From assembly GCA_000934665.2 (NCBI GenBank), contig KZ538388.1:1-64000 (forward strand): DNA of 64,000 nt. Reading direction: 5' to 3'. Below the pieces are notes generated by a model. It was not told the DNA's origin, did not search any database, and saw only the letters and a program-made list of their open reading frames with translations. Positions 12,081 to 25,910 of this stretch are shown in pieces; position 1 is the first letter of the stretch; each line of letters starts with the position of its first letter. The position numbers and the translations under genes were made by a program. Origin of the DNA: Catajapyx aquilonaris (taxonomy: Eukaryota).

Positions 12081-12590
12081 CAGGGCTATTCAACTGGCGG
12101 TCCATATCCGGACTGTGACGCAATTTTGTCCGGACCGCAGCGATATACTGGCCAGTTTGAAATAACATTAGAAAATACTAATTCATGATTTTGTGGAAAA
12201 AAGTGCTACCAATTTCATCAATACAGACCCATTCAAATCTACCACATTCACCTAAGCTCGTGTGAACTTGAACCCACCCCCNCAAAAAAAAGCATCCCCC
12301 GCTCTTTCCGGCTTGTTCACCTTGTGCTTATGAAATGGGGCCCCCTCCGAATTTTTTAATGCCTGCGCTCCTGTACAGGACATCCTAAAAGGGCGAAAAT
12401 GTCTTAATATGTCCTGTCTTGATAGGCCCTTCTACCCTTGCTGGTTGCTGCACATGTTTCTGTTTTCAAAAATGAACCCTGTGGTACCATATAAAATCCA
12501 TATATTTACCCGGGGGGGTGTCCGGACCTTCAATGGCCCAGGACAGGTAAATATTGGACCTTGCCATAAACTAGTTGAATAATAGCCCTG
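12081..12590. mobile_element. Non-autonomous hAT element
   Basis: TIRs CAGGGCTATTCAACT / AGTTGAAT(AAT)AGCCCTG with an 8-bp TSD TGATAGGG / TGATAGGA. Confidence 0.85.
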
Positions 12591-12789
12591 TGATAGGAGT
12601 GACTCAGTACCCAGGTGGCAACCTTCATGGGAGTACGCGTACAAAATCTGATGTAGTGTTAAGTGCCTCGATAGGGAAGGTGACTTTGGAAAAGTTGCTT
12701 GAGAATGAATATAACTTTTGTGAGTATTCTTTAAAATTTCATTCTTCTTGTCTTTCATTCACAGCTAATTGGAACTTAATACAAAATAT

Positions 12790-13132
12790 AGGGAGATGAA
12801 GTGGCGTCGCGGTAACGCGTGCGCCCACGGATATGAAGGTCCCGGGTTCAATCCCCACCCGGGGTTCCCACCTTTATCCGTGCAGAGTTGGGCCATCTCT
12901 GGCTTCATTTCGGGTGGAAATGTCCTAAAGACTAAAAATCCACCCGGGGGAGTTCACAAAATGACCAATTAACGACAGCGCACATGCACTTTGCACATCC
13001 CCTCCTACCTACCCTGGAGTAATTAATTAAGATCTTCTTAAATGGCTCCAAAAAACAAATACCAATGGTGGTAATCCACCCCCCCCCCCTATAGACCTAA
13101 CAGGTCATCACAGGGTAAATTTTTTTAAAAAA
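12790..13132 (+). mobile_element. tRNA-derived SINE, family B, with 17-bp TSD
   Basis: A box TGGCGTCGCGG, B box GGTTCAATCC, A-rich tail; TSD AACTTAATACAAAATAT at 12773 and 13133. Confidence 0.9.
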
Positions 13133-13440
13133 AACTTAATACAAAATATCCCTTGCATATTTTGTAAATTGCTTCAAGACACTGCAATAGTTGCAATAAA
13201 TACTAGTCACAAAATGGCTAAATAGCACTTTATACAAAAATGGCTAAACATTGGGAAATTCTTTTTAAAAGCCTTAAATTAGCTCCCAATGCTCAGAAGC
13301 GGTAAGGAATTCACATGCTTCCATTGCATGGACTCCATATGTGTTTCAGGATCCCAGGTTTCATCTCCGGTCACTATCTGGGGCAAACATATGTCAACAC
13401 CTGCTTCATACGTGTCCAAGTTCTCTTGAGAGCATGCGTT

Positions 13441-13650
13441 CACACTGGTGCAAGTGCGTTGTCTTTATGTTGGGGGTAGTGTGCAGGCCCCCAGGGAGTC
13501 AGGTTGCAAGACAACCCCCTATCAGAAACTCCCTACCGACACCGCACCTCCCCATGGATGGGTCAAGGATAGGAAATGAAGGGGGCGGCTGTGGCCTATT
13601 ATTTACGGAAGCGACCCCGGCATTTTCCTGGGAGGACCGTGGGAACTGTA
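13441..13650 (-). mobile_element. 5'-truncated SINE, family A
   Basis: The reverse complement contains TTCCCACGGTCC, AATAGGCCACAGCCGC and CACTTGCACCAGTG, as in 50326-50730. Confidence 0.75.
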
Positions 13651-14483
13651 TACTTAATTGAAAATTGCAGTTTCTGTACCAGTGAGAAGTGTGAGGAGTG
13701 GTGATGTGGCTGGTGGAGAGGAAGGTGAAGAAGTGAGGAGATAGGGTCCAAGGTCCATTATACAGTACATAATGAGTCAAAATAAAGCGATACAGCATTG
13801 AAAACACATGAGGGTAACACATGAGATGCTTTTATAGCAAGAGCGAGAGATGACTTGTGCGCAAAACATATGGCGTTTATGCAGCAAGAGCATTTTTTCA
13901 TCGCGCGAGTAGTTCAAACTACGCTTCGTTCGAACTCGGGATCAAATTTTTTGTGAATTAAGCGTTCGAACTCTCGAACGTTTGAAGTTAGGGGCGTTCG
14001 AAGTACGATGCACCACTGTATTACATTTGCCACCCAGGTATGAAGATCCTGGCCTAGGACTTGTTCCCACCTAGAAGCATGGGTAACAGTGTTTGAATGC
14101 AGCAAATTTTCAGAAGAGGATGTGAAAGACTTTCACAGTGACTTCTGGAGATAGATAAGACTTTGAACAACTTGGAATGACCAGGCAAGATTCCTGTCGG
14201 CCTACATATTTGCATGTGACACATGGCATGCTGACAGCAAGAGGAAGATCGTGGAGGCAATTGCATTACATTGCATCAACTTCAGTAGCCATTGTCATCA
14301 GTGATCAGAAAATTCCAACACCATTGCAGTGCAGCAATTTCAATAACACCTACTGTAAGTACTAAATTATTTCCAGTCTGATGGTGTTGCATAGGCAAGG
14401 GGCATACAGCATATTTTGCTCACCGCTTCTGTGTCTGCTGTTACAGATAAGAAACTCCTGTGATTTGCCCCACTAGAGACAAA

Positions 14484-14595
14484 GGGTGGCATCTTCATCC
14501 TACTGCTAGTTACTGCTGACTTAGCAGTACCAGTGCCAACAATGGTAAAAACTGCTAAGTTAGCAGTAACTAGCAATGGGACAAAAATTCCACCC
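14484..14595. mobile_element. 112-bp palindromic Harbinger-like MITE
   Basis: GGGTGGCATCTTCATCCTACTGCTAGTTACTGCTGACTTAGCAGT...ACTGCTAAGTTAGCAGTAACTAGCAATGGGACAAAAATTCCACCC. Confidence 0.75.
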
Positions 14596-14949
14596 GAAAT
14601 GTCCATTTTCCATTTATTGCATTGAAAATATCTTCAACTGACACTTCCGTAATAATGTGTTAGTGACATTATAGAATAACTATTTACTTAAGGTGGAAAT
14701 GAAGCTAGAGTCACTTAATGAGAATTTTATGAAAAAAACATATGTTACACAGTTTCGTGTCCTCTTATCAATGGTGCAAAGAAAAATACACGTCACCGTG
14801 CAAATTAGCGAACTGGAGGGCTCAGAAGTTCGCGCCCTTATGGCAGAATTTTCAATAGTCCACAAAAAAATTATAAGCAAATGAGAATTTTAAAATTTAA
14901 TCTGGAATATGTCGGGAATTATATACTTATCGTAACCGCAAAAAGAAAA

Positions 14950-15450
14950 ACCTACCTCACCGTGCTCTTTCAATTTGTATTGCTGGAAAACGATCCGAAA
15001 ATGATCCAGTGACGTCACCTTGCTCCACTCGAGTGAGGCAGTGGCAACACTGCGTTGTTTACGGTAGCGAGATACGGTTGCATACGACCGCGAAATATGA
15101 GTGCAAGTTAGTATGATGGTTTTTACAATGGCTCACACAGGATTTTCGTTTGGCGGGGGTGTTTGCCGTCAGACGTCAGAACCGTTACATTAGTTTATAT
15201 AGTTATAATTATAATATAATAATCGAATGATTCGAATCCACCCGGCAATGACGTCACATACTGCTACGCGATAATTGGCCCGGACCTTTGCTGCGTTGCC
15301 GCTTCTATCTGTCACACGCGTACCAACTGAACGTGTTCCAAATCCGACACAAATGAAGAGCTACAGGCTCCCCTTTCGGAACTAAACTTTTTAAAATGCC
15401 ATGACAAATTGGGACCTCGTAATTACGACCGAATAAAATCGATTTCCATC
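14950..15450. promoter_or_regulatory. CpG-rich promoter-like island with a candidate minus-strand first exon
   Basis: Locally CpG-rich, TGACGTCA at about 15010 and 15248, minus-strand donor CACG|GTGAGG near 14960; no downstream coding exon recognised. It could be a TE end. Confidence 0.3.
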
Positions 15451-16076
15451 ACAAATAAAAAAATATTAAGCACACCTCCAAATACCATGTTTAAGTTGGC
15501 AGTCGTGACAATTGCGCCTGCGCACAAAAACTTGCAGCCGGTAATAGGCCCGTATTAAATCGAGTGTAAAACGCAGATTCGAATGGAATGCATAGGATTG
15601 AACAGCATTTACTGCTGCATCGGTTGCGTATGTTTCCCTGATTTTAGCCCTTCTTATTAACATTCCAATTCTAGACTCTCATTTGATTAGCAAGTCGCTT
15701 CATTTCCACCTTAACCATTATATTCCACACACACTTGCCAATAGGGGTCCAAGAACTGACCCAAACAAATTCAGAGCAGCCAACCAGTCCCAACGCGATC
15801 AGGGAAATTACGAGGTAGCTTCTCTAGTCCCATGGGAACATTAACACTATTAAAACACAATGCATGACATTTATTTATTATTATAAAACCCCGCACATCA
15901 TTTTTCATCCAAGCCAAATGTATCTGGCCAGCAGTACGTGATTAGATCTCATTCCACTAATACAATGTGCTCATACTGATCAGTCCTTAGCAGGACACAC
16001 ACAATCCATTCTGAATAAATATAATATAATAAATGAAGAAAATGAACAAGTTAAAAAAAACTTGGAAAGGGTAGGA

Positions 16077-16781
16077 TTAACGCCTAGCATCGTATCCTGG
16101 AAATAACTTCCGTAAAGCTGCTGAGAGGGCTCCATTCACCTTGTATTTCTTCCCCAATTCAACCCGACAGCATGAGCAAGTGAATACTTTTTCTTTGAAG
16201 GATCGTTTCAGGCAACTCTGAAAATAATTAACAGACGAAATGTTGCATAAGAGGTGTGGTGTTGCCAGTACAAATGACAAGGTCAAGTCAAAAATTACAA
16301 GTGACCAGTGACAGGAAATGTCTTTCACTAACCTCACAGAAGTTGTGTTTGCACTTTGTGGTGACTGGTTTTCACACCACCTCCATGCAGCAAATGCAGG
16401 TGAACGTTTCTGTCACCTGATCTGTGCAGGGGATGCCTCTTGGGACCATTTACTTATGGTTAATTGGGGCCCATTATGCCTCAAATGTCAATTTTAGAAA
16501 GCAAGTAACTATGGCACACACCTGTTTCCTTCAGCAGGGGCATATTTGGAATGCTTCTTCAACTTGTAGTTGCGGATGACACGCACAGACTTGCCTCCTT
16601 TCCAACCACTAGCTTCAGCTCCATCCTTACTGTTTAATTTAGCATTGCAGTTCAGTGCTAGAGCCCTGGTTGTAAAGAATTAGGAATGGCATGTTACTAG
16701 CAATATAAACTTCTTACAAGCCTTACCTATTGGTTCGGGTAAGTTTCTGATCACAGCTCTGGTCAGCAGTCCTCTTGTTCC
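16077..16781 (-). pseudogene. UHRF1: Unprocessed, truncated UHRF1 pseudogene: SRA pieces 16781-16727 and 16665-16522, RING pieces about 16420-16333 and 16217-16077
   Basis: [66 protein letters not shown] is the UHRF1 SRA domain; VTETFTCICCMEVV*KPVTTKCKHNFCE|SCLKRSFKEKVFTCSCCR..LRKLFPGYDARR* is the UHRF1 C-terminal RING. GT-AG introns are retained. There is an in-frame TGA at 16372-16374; the rest of the SRA, the linker and all N-terminal domains are absent. Confidence 0.9.
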
Positions 16782-18427
16782 TCTAACAGCCAATCCCGGA
16801 ACAGGCTTCTCCTCGCGCGGGCTGGCAGACATACGAATTCAGGAGGGAGTCACACAATAACAATTACAAATTACAGATAACAATGTAAAACACGAGAAAA
16901 TACATGACCGCAGCCGGTGCGAGCAGTGATGGGAGGATAGGAAGCCGAGGTGCCCAAACTGATGGTTCCAAGAGTTATCGTGGGATACCTGAGGGACCAT
17001 GAGGATTTGGCAGGTGGTCTGTTCTGTCCAAGGTTCTGTCCCACCCTGCCAGAGAAAAATGGTCCAACTACAAAACTCGGATGTGGCATGCAGTGAAATA
17101 TATTATTTTATCACAGCTTGCAAAAAAACCAATCAGAGTGCCAGAACCGGAAGCATTTCATGCATGTCAATGATATCATCATCACGGCGTTTCCCAAACA
17201 GATATGGGGTTGCCAACGGATATTGAGGAGGAGGTCCTCAATATCCTCGTATGACCACATACATAGACAAAAAAAAACTGAAGCCTGGTCAGGTACTCGC
17301 AGATAATTTTTTTTAAGGGGGGGGGGGGNNNNGGGGGGGGGGGAGGATACAACAGATTGCCGACAGGCTTGCGGGAGCCACCACTATTCCGCCTTAACTA
17401 GCAAATATCTCACCGCAAATATGCCGGCTAGGCCCATCTTTCCGTAAGGTCTTGCTCTACAGGTAGAGCCCAAAATAGTGAATCAGCGCGTGTCATGTGG
17501 TTTATCTATTATCTTACCCGGCACCTTGCCCCACGCGACGTGCCTGACCTGCCGTTTCACTGACACATTATTTGGATTCCTGCTGCTGTCTCTCTTCTCT
17601 CTTTTTTTTGTGCCCCTGATAGATACTTCCCGGTGAACAAAAAAAGATGTCTAGTTGCAGAATAGGCAAGGATGAAGTTCTTCCCTCTCTTCTTCATGTC
17701 GGTTGATGTGCTGGGAAAGAGTTCCACACATGTTTATTATTGGTGATTGGTCTGATAGTTATGCGCTAAAACCACCAAAATATACATATGTGTAGTCTCC
17801 AAAAATAGAAAGTTTAGCCTACTACTCACTTGTGGATCGATTTGAGTTATGATGTCTCAAGAAAGAGTTGCAAACCTACGGTGCACACGTCTTTTTGTGA
17901 TTTGTCCCCTCCCTCCAATGAACACCAACAATCTCTCATGCAATTGAGTAGTGGCTTTTTAAATTGATGGCAGCCTCGTAGTTTCCGAAATGGCCCCCTG
18001 GCACGTTTGCGATATTATAGGCTGTAAAACACGTAGTAAAACCCTAAGTGTGAATTCATTGCAAAATAAAGCAACCTTACTGTGTTAATACACGTAACTG
18101 CATGATTCGTGCTTCTGTATAATGTTTCGCTCTCCTAAATACTCATGAACAGTTAGAAATGACTTATAAAAACATAACTATTCGACTTGGAATCGTTGTC
18201 GAGTCGTCATAATCATTATAATCATCCTTTCTTTTGGCTCCTGAAGAGGCGGAGTCATTCTAGGTTTACCATCGTAATTATTGTTATTGAATGCTACATG
18301 ATTTTGTTCCAAATCAAAATTATATTTTCTATAGTATTAATTTGTTAAGCCGCTAACGGTTGGCGTCACAGAGAATAGTAGGCTATTTATTAATATATCA
18401 TGTGGTACTGCACATAATGATTATAAG

Positions 18428-18481
18428 AACAGATAGACTTACTGAAGAAATAACTTTATTTCTTCAGTAAGTCTATCTGTT
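18428..18481. repeat. Perfect 26-bp inverted repeat with a 2-nt spacer
   Basis: AACAGATAGACTTACTGAAGAAATAA-CT-TTATTTCTTCAGTAAGTCTATCTGTT. Confidence 0.95.
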
Positions 18482-21400
18482 TACTCTGAGTATGTTCTGA
18501 TTGTCTTGTAATTTTTAATGGTATTTATCATATTAATGACAAACACCTATATGTCCTTACTTCCCCATGCTGGATTCAGGGATGATTCCCAAATTATCTC
18601 GATTCATTTGTCAGCCAGCTCTTCCTGCAGCGAGCCACTTAACGGAAAAGGCTACACGGCTACACGAGTATGTACACGCAGTATGTCCATCATCCCTACA
18701 CATTCCGATGCCTGACATATTGCAGCCGCCATTAATCAGTGCCTGACATCACGTATCGGTAGCATGCGTGTGAAGAGTCAGGTGCCGTTTTCCACCAAGT
18801 GCGAGTGGGCTAGAGCGCGGTAAACTACTTTCTGGAGTGACGTGAATGCGAACAAATTTTTTGTCACATTTTTGGCCCAAGTGTTGACTGGTGAGTCACC
18901 AAGCTTCTTCCGGTCCTCTTTTCCGTCGACAAAAGCCCGACCCACCGGCGCCCTCACCACTCTTCTCCCCAGCCGCACAGCAATCAGTCCCGGTATTCCT
19001 TCCCAGCAGCAGTCATCCTCCCCCATCCACCAAACCTCCCCCTTAGAAAGAAGCTGACCAAAAGAGTCCATCCGAGGCGGATCTTGGCCGAGGCTTGACC
19101 CCCTTGCCTGGGCTGGCCCCCCCGACAACTCTAAAAATAAATCCTGGGCCCAGCAGCCCTCCCCGCCCGCCTTGTTTGGCACCGCATTTCCATCCCCTAT
19201 TGTTCTTTCTTTGCATCTTGCCTCCCACACACCCTCCTTCTCCTCCTCCTCCTTCCTCTGGGTTCTGCCAAGCGCGACTTGTCTTCCTGATTCAGGACCT
19301 GCATGCCAGTACTCCCCGGGAGGCATCGTGGGCCACCTGGCGGCATCCCTGCCGTGGAAGAAGATGGATGGATGGATATGTTGCATATCGTGGAGTGTCA
19401 ATTTGTGGAGGGTTGTCGATTAGATTGGGTGGGATATTTCACTTATTTGCAGTTTTAACCAAAGCTTGCTGAGGTGTAGAGTCTGGTTTTTATTGTAGTT
19501 GGATCGATAGAGTTTTAGGATGATAGTTGCAGATAGTTATCACAGATTTAATGGGAGTAGGTACTAGTAGTACTGTACAGTACATCCTTAATCTGTAATG
19601 AATTAAGTGACATTTTTGATCACATGATCCACAGCTCAGACAAATCGTAGTGATTACTGATCAGATTGCTTTCTGCCATTGGCTGATTCGAATCGCATTG
19701 CCAGCAATTTTGTCTCACCTAGATAGCGGGTGGGAGAATATTATCTCCGAAAGTTATTAATTTCTTTAAGTCATTCTTTAGTTTGCAGAATTATTATTGT
19801 TTCAGCCAGAAAATGGGGATGACGATCATGGCGTCACAGTGGTCAAGAATGACTTTCAACAAAAGCAGCAATGAAATTAACAAGTCAATGCCCGTCTCCG
19901 GTTGAAGAAATAATATCGTTGCTAACATTGCGGCGATTTTTTTTGAAAACATTATTATAAAAATTAGAAATCACTATTAATCAAGAAGTTAAATATGTTG
20001 TAGCATGCTTCGAGAGACATTTTGAGACAAAAATTGTGCATTCAATGCTGATGAGTATTAATAATTATTATATTTTGCTCTGAATGACCATCAGGTCATT
20101 AGAGATTAGACAGTGTATATCATACAAGTATAGTCTATGCCAAAGAGCCAAACAGCAAGACGACATCCGCCATGTATATTTCTATCTCCATGCTGTGTCC
20201 ATTTTTTGTTGCCTTACTTCAGGGATGGATAAGCCAACCTCCCAGCTGGCTTGCGAAAAATGACTTGGTCAACTGCATCGTTTTGAGAATCCGTCCCGGC
20301 TTCCTTGTTTTGTCCCCAGAAAAAGAGTCCGTCGAGAACTGTTATCGAACGCTGACTATTATAAAGCAAAGGGTTAGTGGCACAGTCGCGATCTATTGTT
20401 GACCCATCGGAAATTTTATAGGCCTGTCCTTTCAATTTGATCCGATCAGATCGGTCGGCTGAATAAGATGCTCTGTACAACGTGCAGTAGAGTACAGTAC
20501 ATGCTGGAAATGACCTGTGCTGTTTTAAGAAGTGCTTGCTCATTCTCTCATCCAAGTCACCAGTCATTGAAAACAGCTGCACTGTAGATCCCACCGGTGA
20601 TTATTCCAACTGTACCGTTCTTTTCGTGTACTGATTATTGTTAATCCAGTGAGTCATGATTCCCAATTTGCAAGCTAATCGAAGAGTACGTTTGGTATCA
20701 ATTCTGGGAGGTCCAGGCTACTCCTACACTACATTCTCAACTGTCATCCGTGGAACATATGGCGGCCCACATTCTCCATTTAGCTCGACCTTACAGGACT
20801 CAACTGGCTTTGTAACACTAATATGTCATTTTTGGTGTTAAGATGGTTGGACTTTTCTTAGAAACACGGTAGCGATATTTTGATGGAACTCTAGTTAAAA
20901 ATTCATATATGGGGTACCGGTAGTTCACTCAATAATAAGTGTGCTGGCCAAATGTGTCATTGCTTGATGGACATGACTTTTGCGGTAAGGCCTGTGAATT
21001 GCAATCCACGCTGTTTATTTTGCATAAAGCACTCTGCTCCCGGAGGTGGGTGTTGCAAAAATAGGTTTCTCCCCTGGGCTATAATAAAATTGTCATCATT
21101 ATTACATGTCAGGTGGAGCAGTCAGTGACTTCCCTATATAATTACCACATTCAGTTCGGGATAGAGACAAAAACAACTTCTCTTGTTTAGACCTTTCACT
21201 ATGTCAAAAATAAGTGCTTATTTGACGTAACAATACTGCAGGTAATGTGTAACATGTGACTCGTGTGAAATCATATGTTATTGACCTTCAAATGTAGTAT
21301 TATGGTACGCTCTGAAGCATTGGCAAAAGTGTAGATGTCATTACTGGACAAATTAATCTAAATAGGATAATATTCTCCAAACTCCATGCAGAGTTGCGTT

Positions 21401-24400
21401 TGTATGTAAAATTCTTCAGCTCTTTTTTTCAAATTTTGATTCCCATGCTCTCTTCTAGATATACTGTATTGCTGTACAATGGTCCTGAATTCTTATACCA
21501 TTCAATATATTTTAATTGTGGTTGTCATTCGCATTCATTGTTGCGAGTAATGTGACTGATGCGATTTTTACCCAATGGAACTTACGGTGATCTTAATTTA
21601 TTTTTTGATAGCATGTTTGATTGCTGTTTGAATCATAGACATAAAATATCATTTGATTTGATTATAAATTAACACATAAGCACTCTGCAATGGTTTATAA
21701 CATCAAGACTGAACAAATATCAAAGTGCATAAATTGTAGGTGTCACCAGTGTCTCTAGGGCAAAATAAAAATCCTGAGAAATACCGGTCCACTCTGGAGG
21801 ATCGTCAAAGAATCCGTTGCCACCATTCACTTTCACGTGAATCCACTTGTAATCCTGCCTGAAGTTCCCTTAATGACCTCAACAGAGACCGGTATGGCCC
21901 TTTCATTGTAAAGCTATCAAATCACAAAACTAGTACCGTACAGGTTGTTTCATCAAGTCTTTGTAGCTGTCTCTTCATTCAGACCAATCCTTCCTATACA
22001 TGAACTTGAGCAGTGAAAGTTCGTCTTTGGAGGGTTGTTCATAGAGGATGCAGTCTTATGGACATGGAAGAGTGAAATTAGGGGACAGAATTAGGTTGAG
22101 AAAGGTGAGAAGCTGCACTTCCCAAACCATAGAGTCTAGTCCAAAGCAAGACCAGTAAACCCCACCCTGCATTACCGCCTGTACCACCCTTTCCACTCTC
22201 TCTCTATTGAACATTGTTGATTGCACATCGGGGTCAAAATCACAAATAGAAATATTTAACGGAAGTTGTAAAATGAATCATTCCAACCAACTGGTTTGGA
22301 AATTGGAGTAGGACCAAAATTAATAGCCTTTAAGATTTTGCTGCCACAAATGTGACATTTTAGTAATTTTTCTTACAAATAATTAAATAAACTAGGAATA
22401 ATGTATTGCCTTATGCAGTTCATTAGTACTGTACATAATATACCGGTACTACTTGTATAAACTCCAGTCGCACATACACTTCCTGCATTGCATAAGCAAG
22501 AGAAAACAATGCATATCTCCAGAAATGCAATTTTAAAGATTCACCAAATCTATTTTTTCCATTACACCCAAGTGTGTCGTGCAAGTGGCAGTTCAGAGTG
22601 TTCAGTGGCAAGTTAAACTAACCATATCACATATTTGATATGGGGAGTTGATCGTGAATCACAGAGCATTACTCTATCAAAAGAATGAGTCAGTATAACA
22701 ATGGGATTAATCGGATAACTCATTTTGAAACTGAGACTCATCCCGACATTAATCTTGGAAATAATATGCAAACCACCATTAAATACCCATTGATTCCGCT
22801 TGTTACCACCTCCCGGATGCCACCACCATTCTTTTCATCCCCTTTACATTTATTCCTCTATTTCCTTTTATTTGAAAGTCAATTCTCGCCACGCCTGTAT
22901 TCAGTCCCTTAGATCCGCCAGGACACTTGGAGAAATTGCATACCTATAAAAAAATGTCCGGTACAAAATAGGGCACCAACATTTATCCTTTTTGTGTCCC
23001 GATTGGAAGTGGTCTCTGATTTTGTCGATTCCTTAGCCTCCAGTCGTCTAAAAAGTGGGTCTGGCACTTAAAATACATCCTCATTCGTGAACGCCTCAAG
23101 ATGTGTGCGTCCATAAAGGCACACATTTCGACCGGCTAAATGCAGAAAAGTAGGTGCGGTACCGGTGGGTATGTCAAATTGTGCTGGTGCGTATACCCAT
23201 GGCAATGGATGGGGCACGGGGGATAGAGGGTGGGAAGGCAGACGGCGACGGAAAAAAAAAATTGCGGTTCCGTTCACGCTAGTCAAGATTAGTCCTACCA
23301 CATAGGGAGGCCACTGGTATATTTTTACCAGTGGTGACTCTGCGGATTCTCCCTTGTCGCATTCCTCCAGAAGAAGCGACAAGCCTGAGAGTCAAATATT
23401 TTTGTTTTCGTGACCTCTAGGTAGACTATTGTTTCGATGCATCAAGAGCGTGGTATAGGACCGGAGCTGTTAAGTTGTGTACCATTGACTATTTTTTTTT
23501 CCAGGCTGCGGTCAGTGCGTAGAAATAAGACATTGCAGTAGAATGAATATCTGGAGAACAAGGCAGAGAGGTTGAGGCTTCTGACCAGATACCGTGACCA
23601 ATATGTCCGGGTAGAAATCAAATGCTCTGCAGGTAATCATCCGTATAGTGTATATCCAGTTCCGGTCTTCCCTAGATGCTTTCAGGAACATATTCAGGTT
23701 ACCAGTGGGCTTGGCATTCTTGGACGCTTTTTTTTCTTCATTTCTAAAAAACAGAGGGTGCAACACAGTTTCAGAATGTATATTTTACAAACTTCATTGC
23801 TGCATTGGTCTAGTCGGCAGTTGACTGCCATTATCTTGTTGCTATTCAAGGACATGAACTTGCAAAATAAGAGGAATTTGCAAGGAAAGAACACGTGTTT
23901 GTTTCGCAACGAGCCAAGGCAAATATGTAGGCCGAAACAGGAGCATTGTCTTACGGCCGAAAGGCCAAGGTAGCCCACAGGTTGACTCTGCTATATTCAC
24001 AGGTGACGTCGACGTTTGTGTCAAGGACAGAGGTGTACCGGTACTGATACCCAGCCCATGCATTATTCATATCTAGGTCAAAATGTCGCCGCGAATAGTT
24101 TGGAACAGCCAATATATTGATGGGATTATAATCATCCGGCACGTGATCAGCTCAAAGTCTTGCTTGGCTCTGAGATGAAGGAAGCATCCGAAGACATCCC
24201 GATGAAAATTCTTGCATTGGGTGTGTATGGGCGTTGACGGTAACACCTCAGAGACCACACCTAGTCAGCGCCCCAGAAACAAGTCGCTGACACGCGACAC
24301 ATCGTCAGATAGGCAATGAATATATCGGCAACAGATGGTGATGGATCATAATGGGGATGGGCTTGGTGTCATATACCTCGGCCCAAACAGGCTGGCACTA

Positions 24401-25910
24401 CCCGAAAGAGAGCCTCAAGCTGTCCATGGCCGCTATTTTTGCACGTTGCCCTGCATTGAATACCTGAGTAATTGTTTTTTGCTAGCATATCTGGTCGCCT
24501 AGGTGCGTTAAGGTACCGTTAGAACGCTACTCTGCACGTCAATTTCATACCGAGACACGTTGCTGCGTCGTTTCCTTATTGACTTTTGCAATGCATATAT
24601 CCCGTGGTGAACGCTCTTTGCTACCTCTCATTATGAACACTGCAGTATGTTTATTGTTATTTCGGGAGTAGGTTGCACGCTCATTTTTACATGGGTGTTG
24701 CTTTGGTCGAATATTAATTTTTCTCTGCCTATATGGATAACTATAAGCTGGAAATGCTATATTATTGATTATTGAGCAATTAAATTTAGAGACAATTTTG
24801 CGTGCTGAAACCTGTACTAATTATATTTCAAAACAATTATCCCCGTCGAACACATCCCCCCAACAATAAAACAGAGACTGAAGAAAGTGAAGGATATGAA
24901 AAATGATTTCCATTGAGCCCTTGAATCAGGTCCGAAGACGCCCCAGGGAGGCGGAAGGAAGCGGGAAGAATAGTTTGCTAGTAGAGCGGACATCCGGTTC
25001 CCGGTACAGGCTTCTGGGTAACGCTGTCACTTGACTTTTCTTGCAGCAGTCATCCCTACCTAATTAGGCGCCATATTTTTGACAGCTAGGTCGAGCGAAC
25101 ATTTGCTTTTCTGGCGCGACATCCTAAGTCCATTGGGAACAATAAACACGGGCTCCTGATCTTTGTATGCACACCCAAGTTAACTGTACCTTGCTTGTCG
25201 CCATCGTCTTCTTCTTTGCGGTGACTCACTTACCTGTTCTGTTGGTCGCATCGAATAAGATTTGTGTCGGGATCGTTTTGAGAGCAATGTATATCACAAT
25301 ACGTTTGCAATAACTAGGACGGTGTTCCAAAAAAAGAGGTTGGAAAGTTTCATTGCTGGAGGTGGGAGCGTGTCTTCGTGATAAAATGCAATGCCAGATT
25401 GTTACTTTATAGCGATTTTAGCTCACCCTGTACGGTTAGGCTGCTATTTTTCATCCCCTAGACCACACGTCATAACAAAGGACTTTTTCTCATGCCTTTT
25501 TTAGTCCATTCATTCATTCGTCCATTCATACATCCCCCTATTCTTCCTTCCTGCATTCCTCGATCGCGATCGATGATCCGGTTGCCTGCTGTTATCCAAC
25601 AACAGACGACAAGAAAGTCTTCCAGGTCGCGACGTCGTCATCAAGTTTCTCTTTCGGTCCATGGTGTCCAGCCAGTATGATTGGATCCTCTTTGAAGGGC
25701 CACGTACGCCCTTGGCCGTGAATGCTGGAAGAGCCATCCGCATCTTTGAATGGTCCAGGTGGTGGTGGTGGTCGTCGTCGTGGAGGAGGAGGAGGAAGCC
25801 TGAGAGACGGCGGTGAAGGTGGGGGGTGGAAGCTGACCGAGCGACCCAATGGGCCCCCTCGAATTCGCCAAGTGGGGGATGCGGATCCCAGAGGCCTATA
25901 TTTGGATGCC

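Noticed and set aside
14191..14213. 17-bp match GCAAATATGTAGGCCGA (minus strand) with about 23919-23935
   Set aside because: Too short, with no extended similarity; chance or an unrecognisable repeat relic.
18778..19472. 207-aa and 125-aa overlapping ORFs
   Set aside because: GC-rich, low-complexity sequence that is open on both strands, with no recognisable domain or convincing splice structure.
23951..25235. Possible minus-strand gene (ATGGCGACAAGCAAG|GTAC near 25204, donor near 25233, 63-aa ORF at 23951-24142)
   Set aside because: I could not join the pieces into an open frame or recognise any protein.
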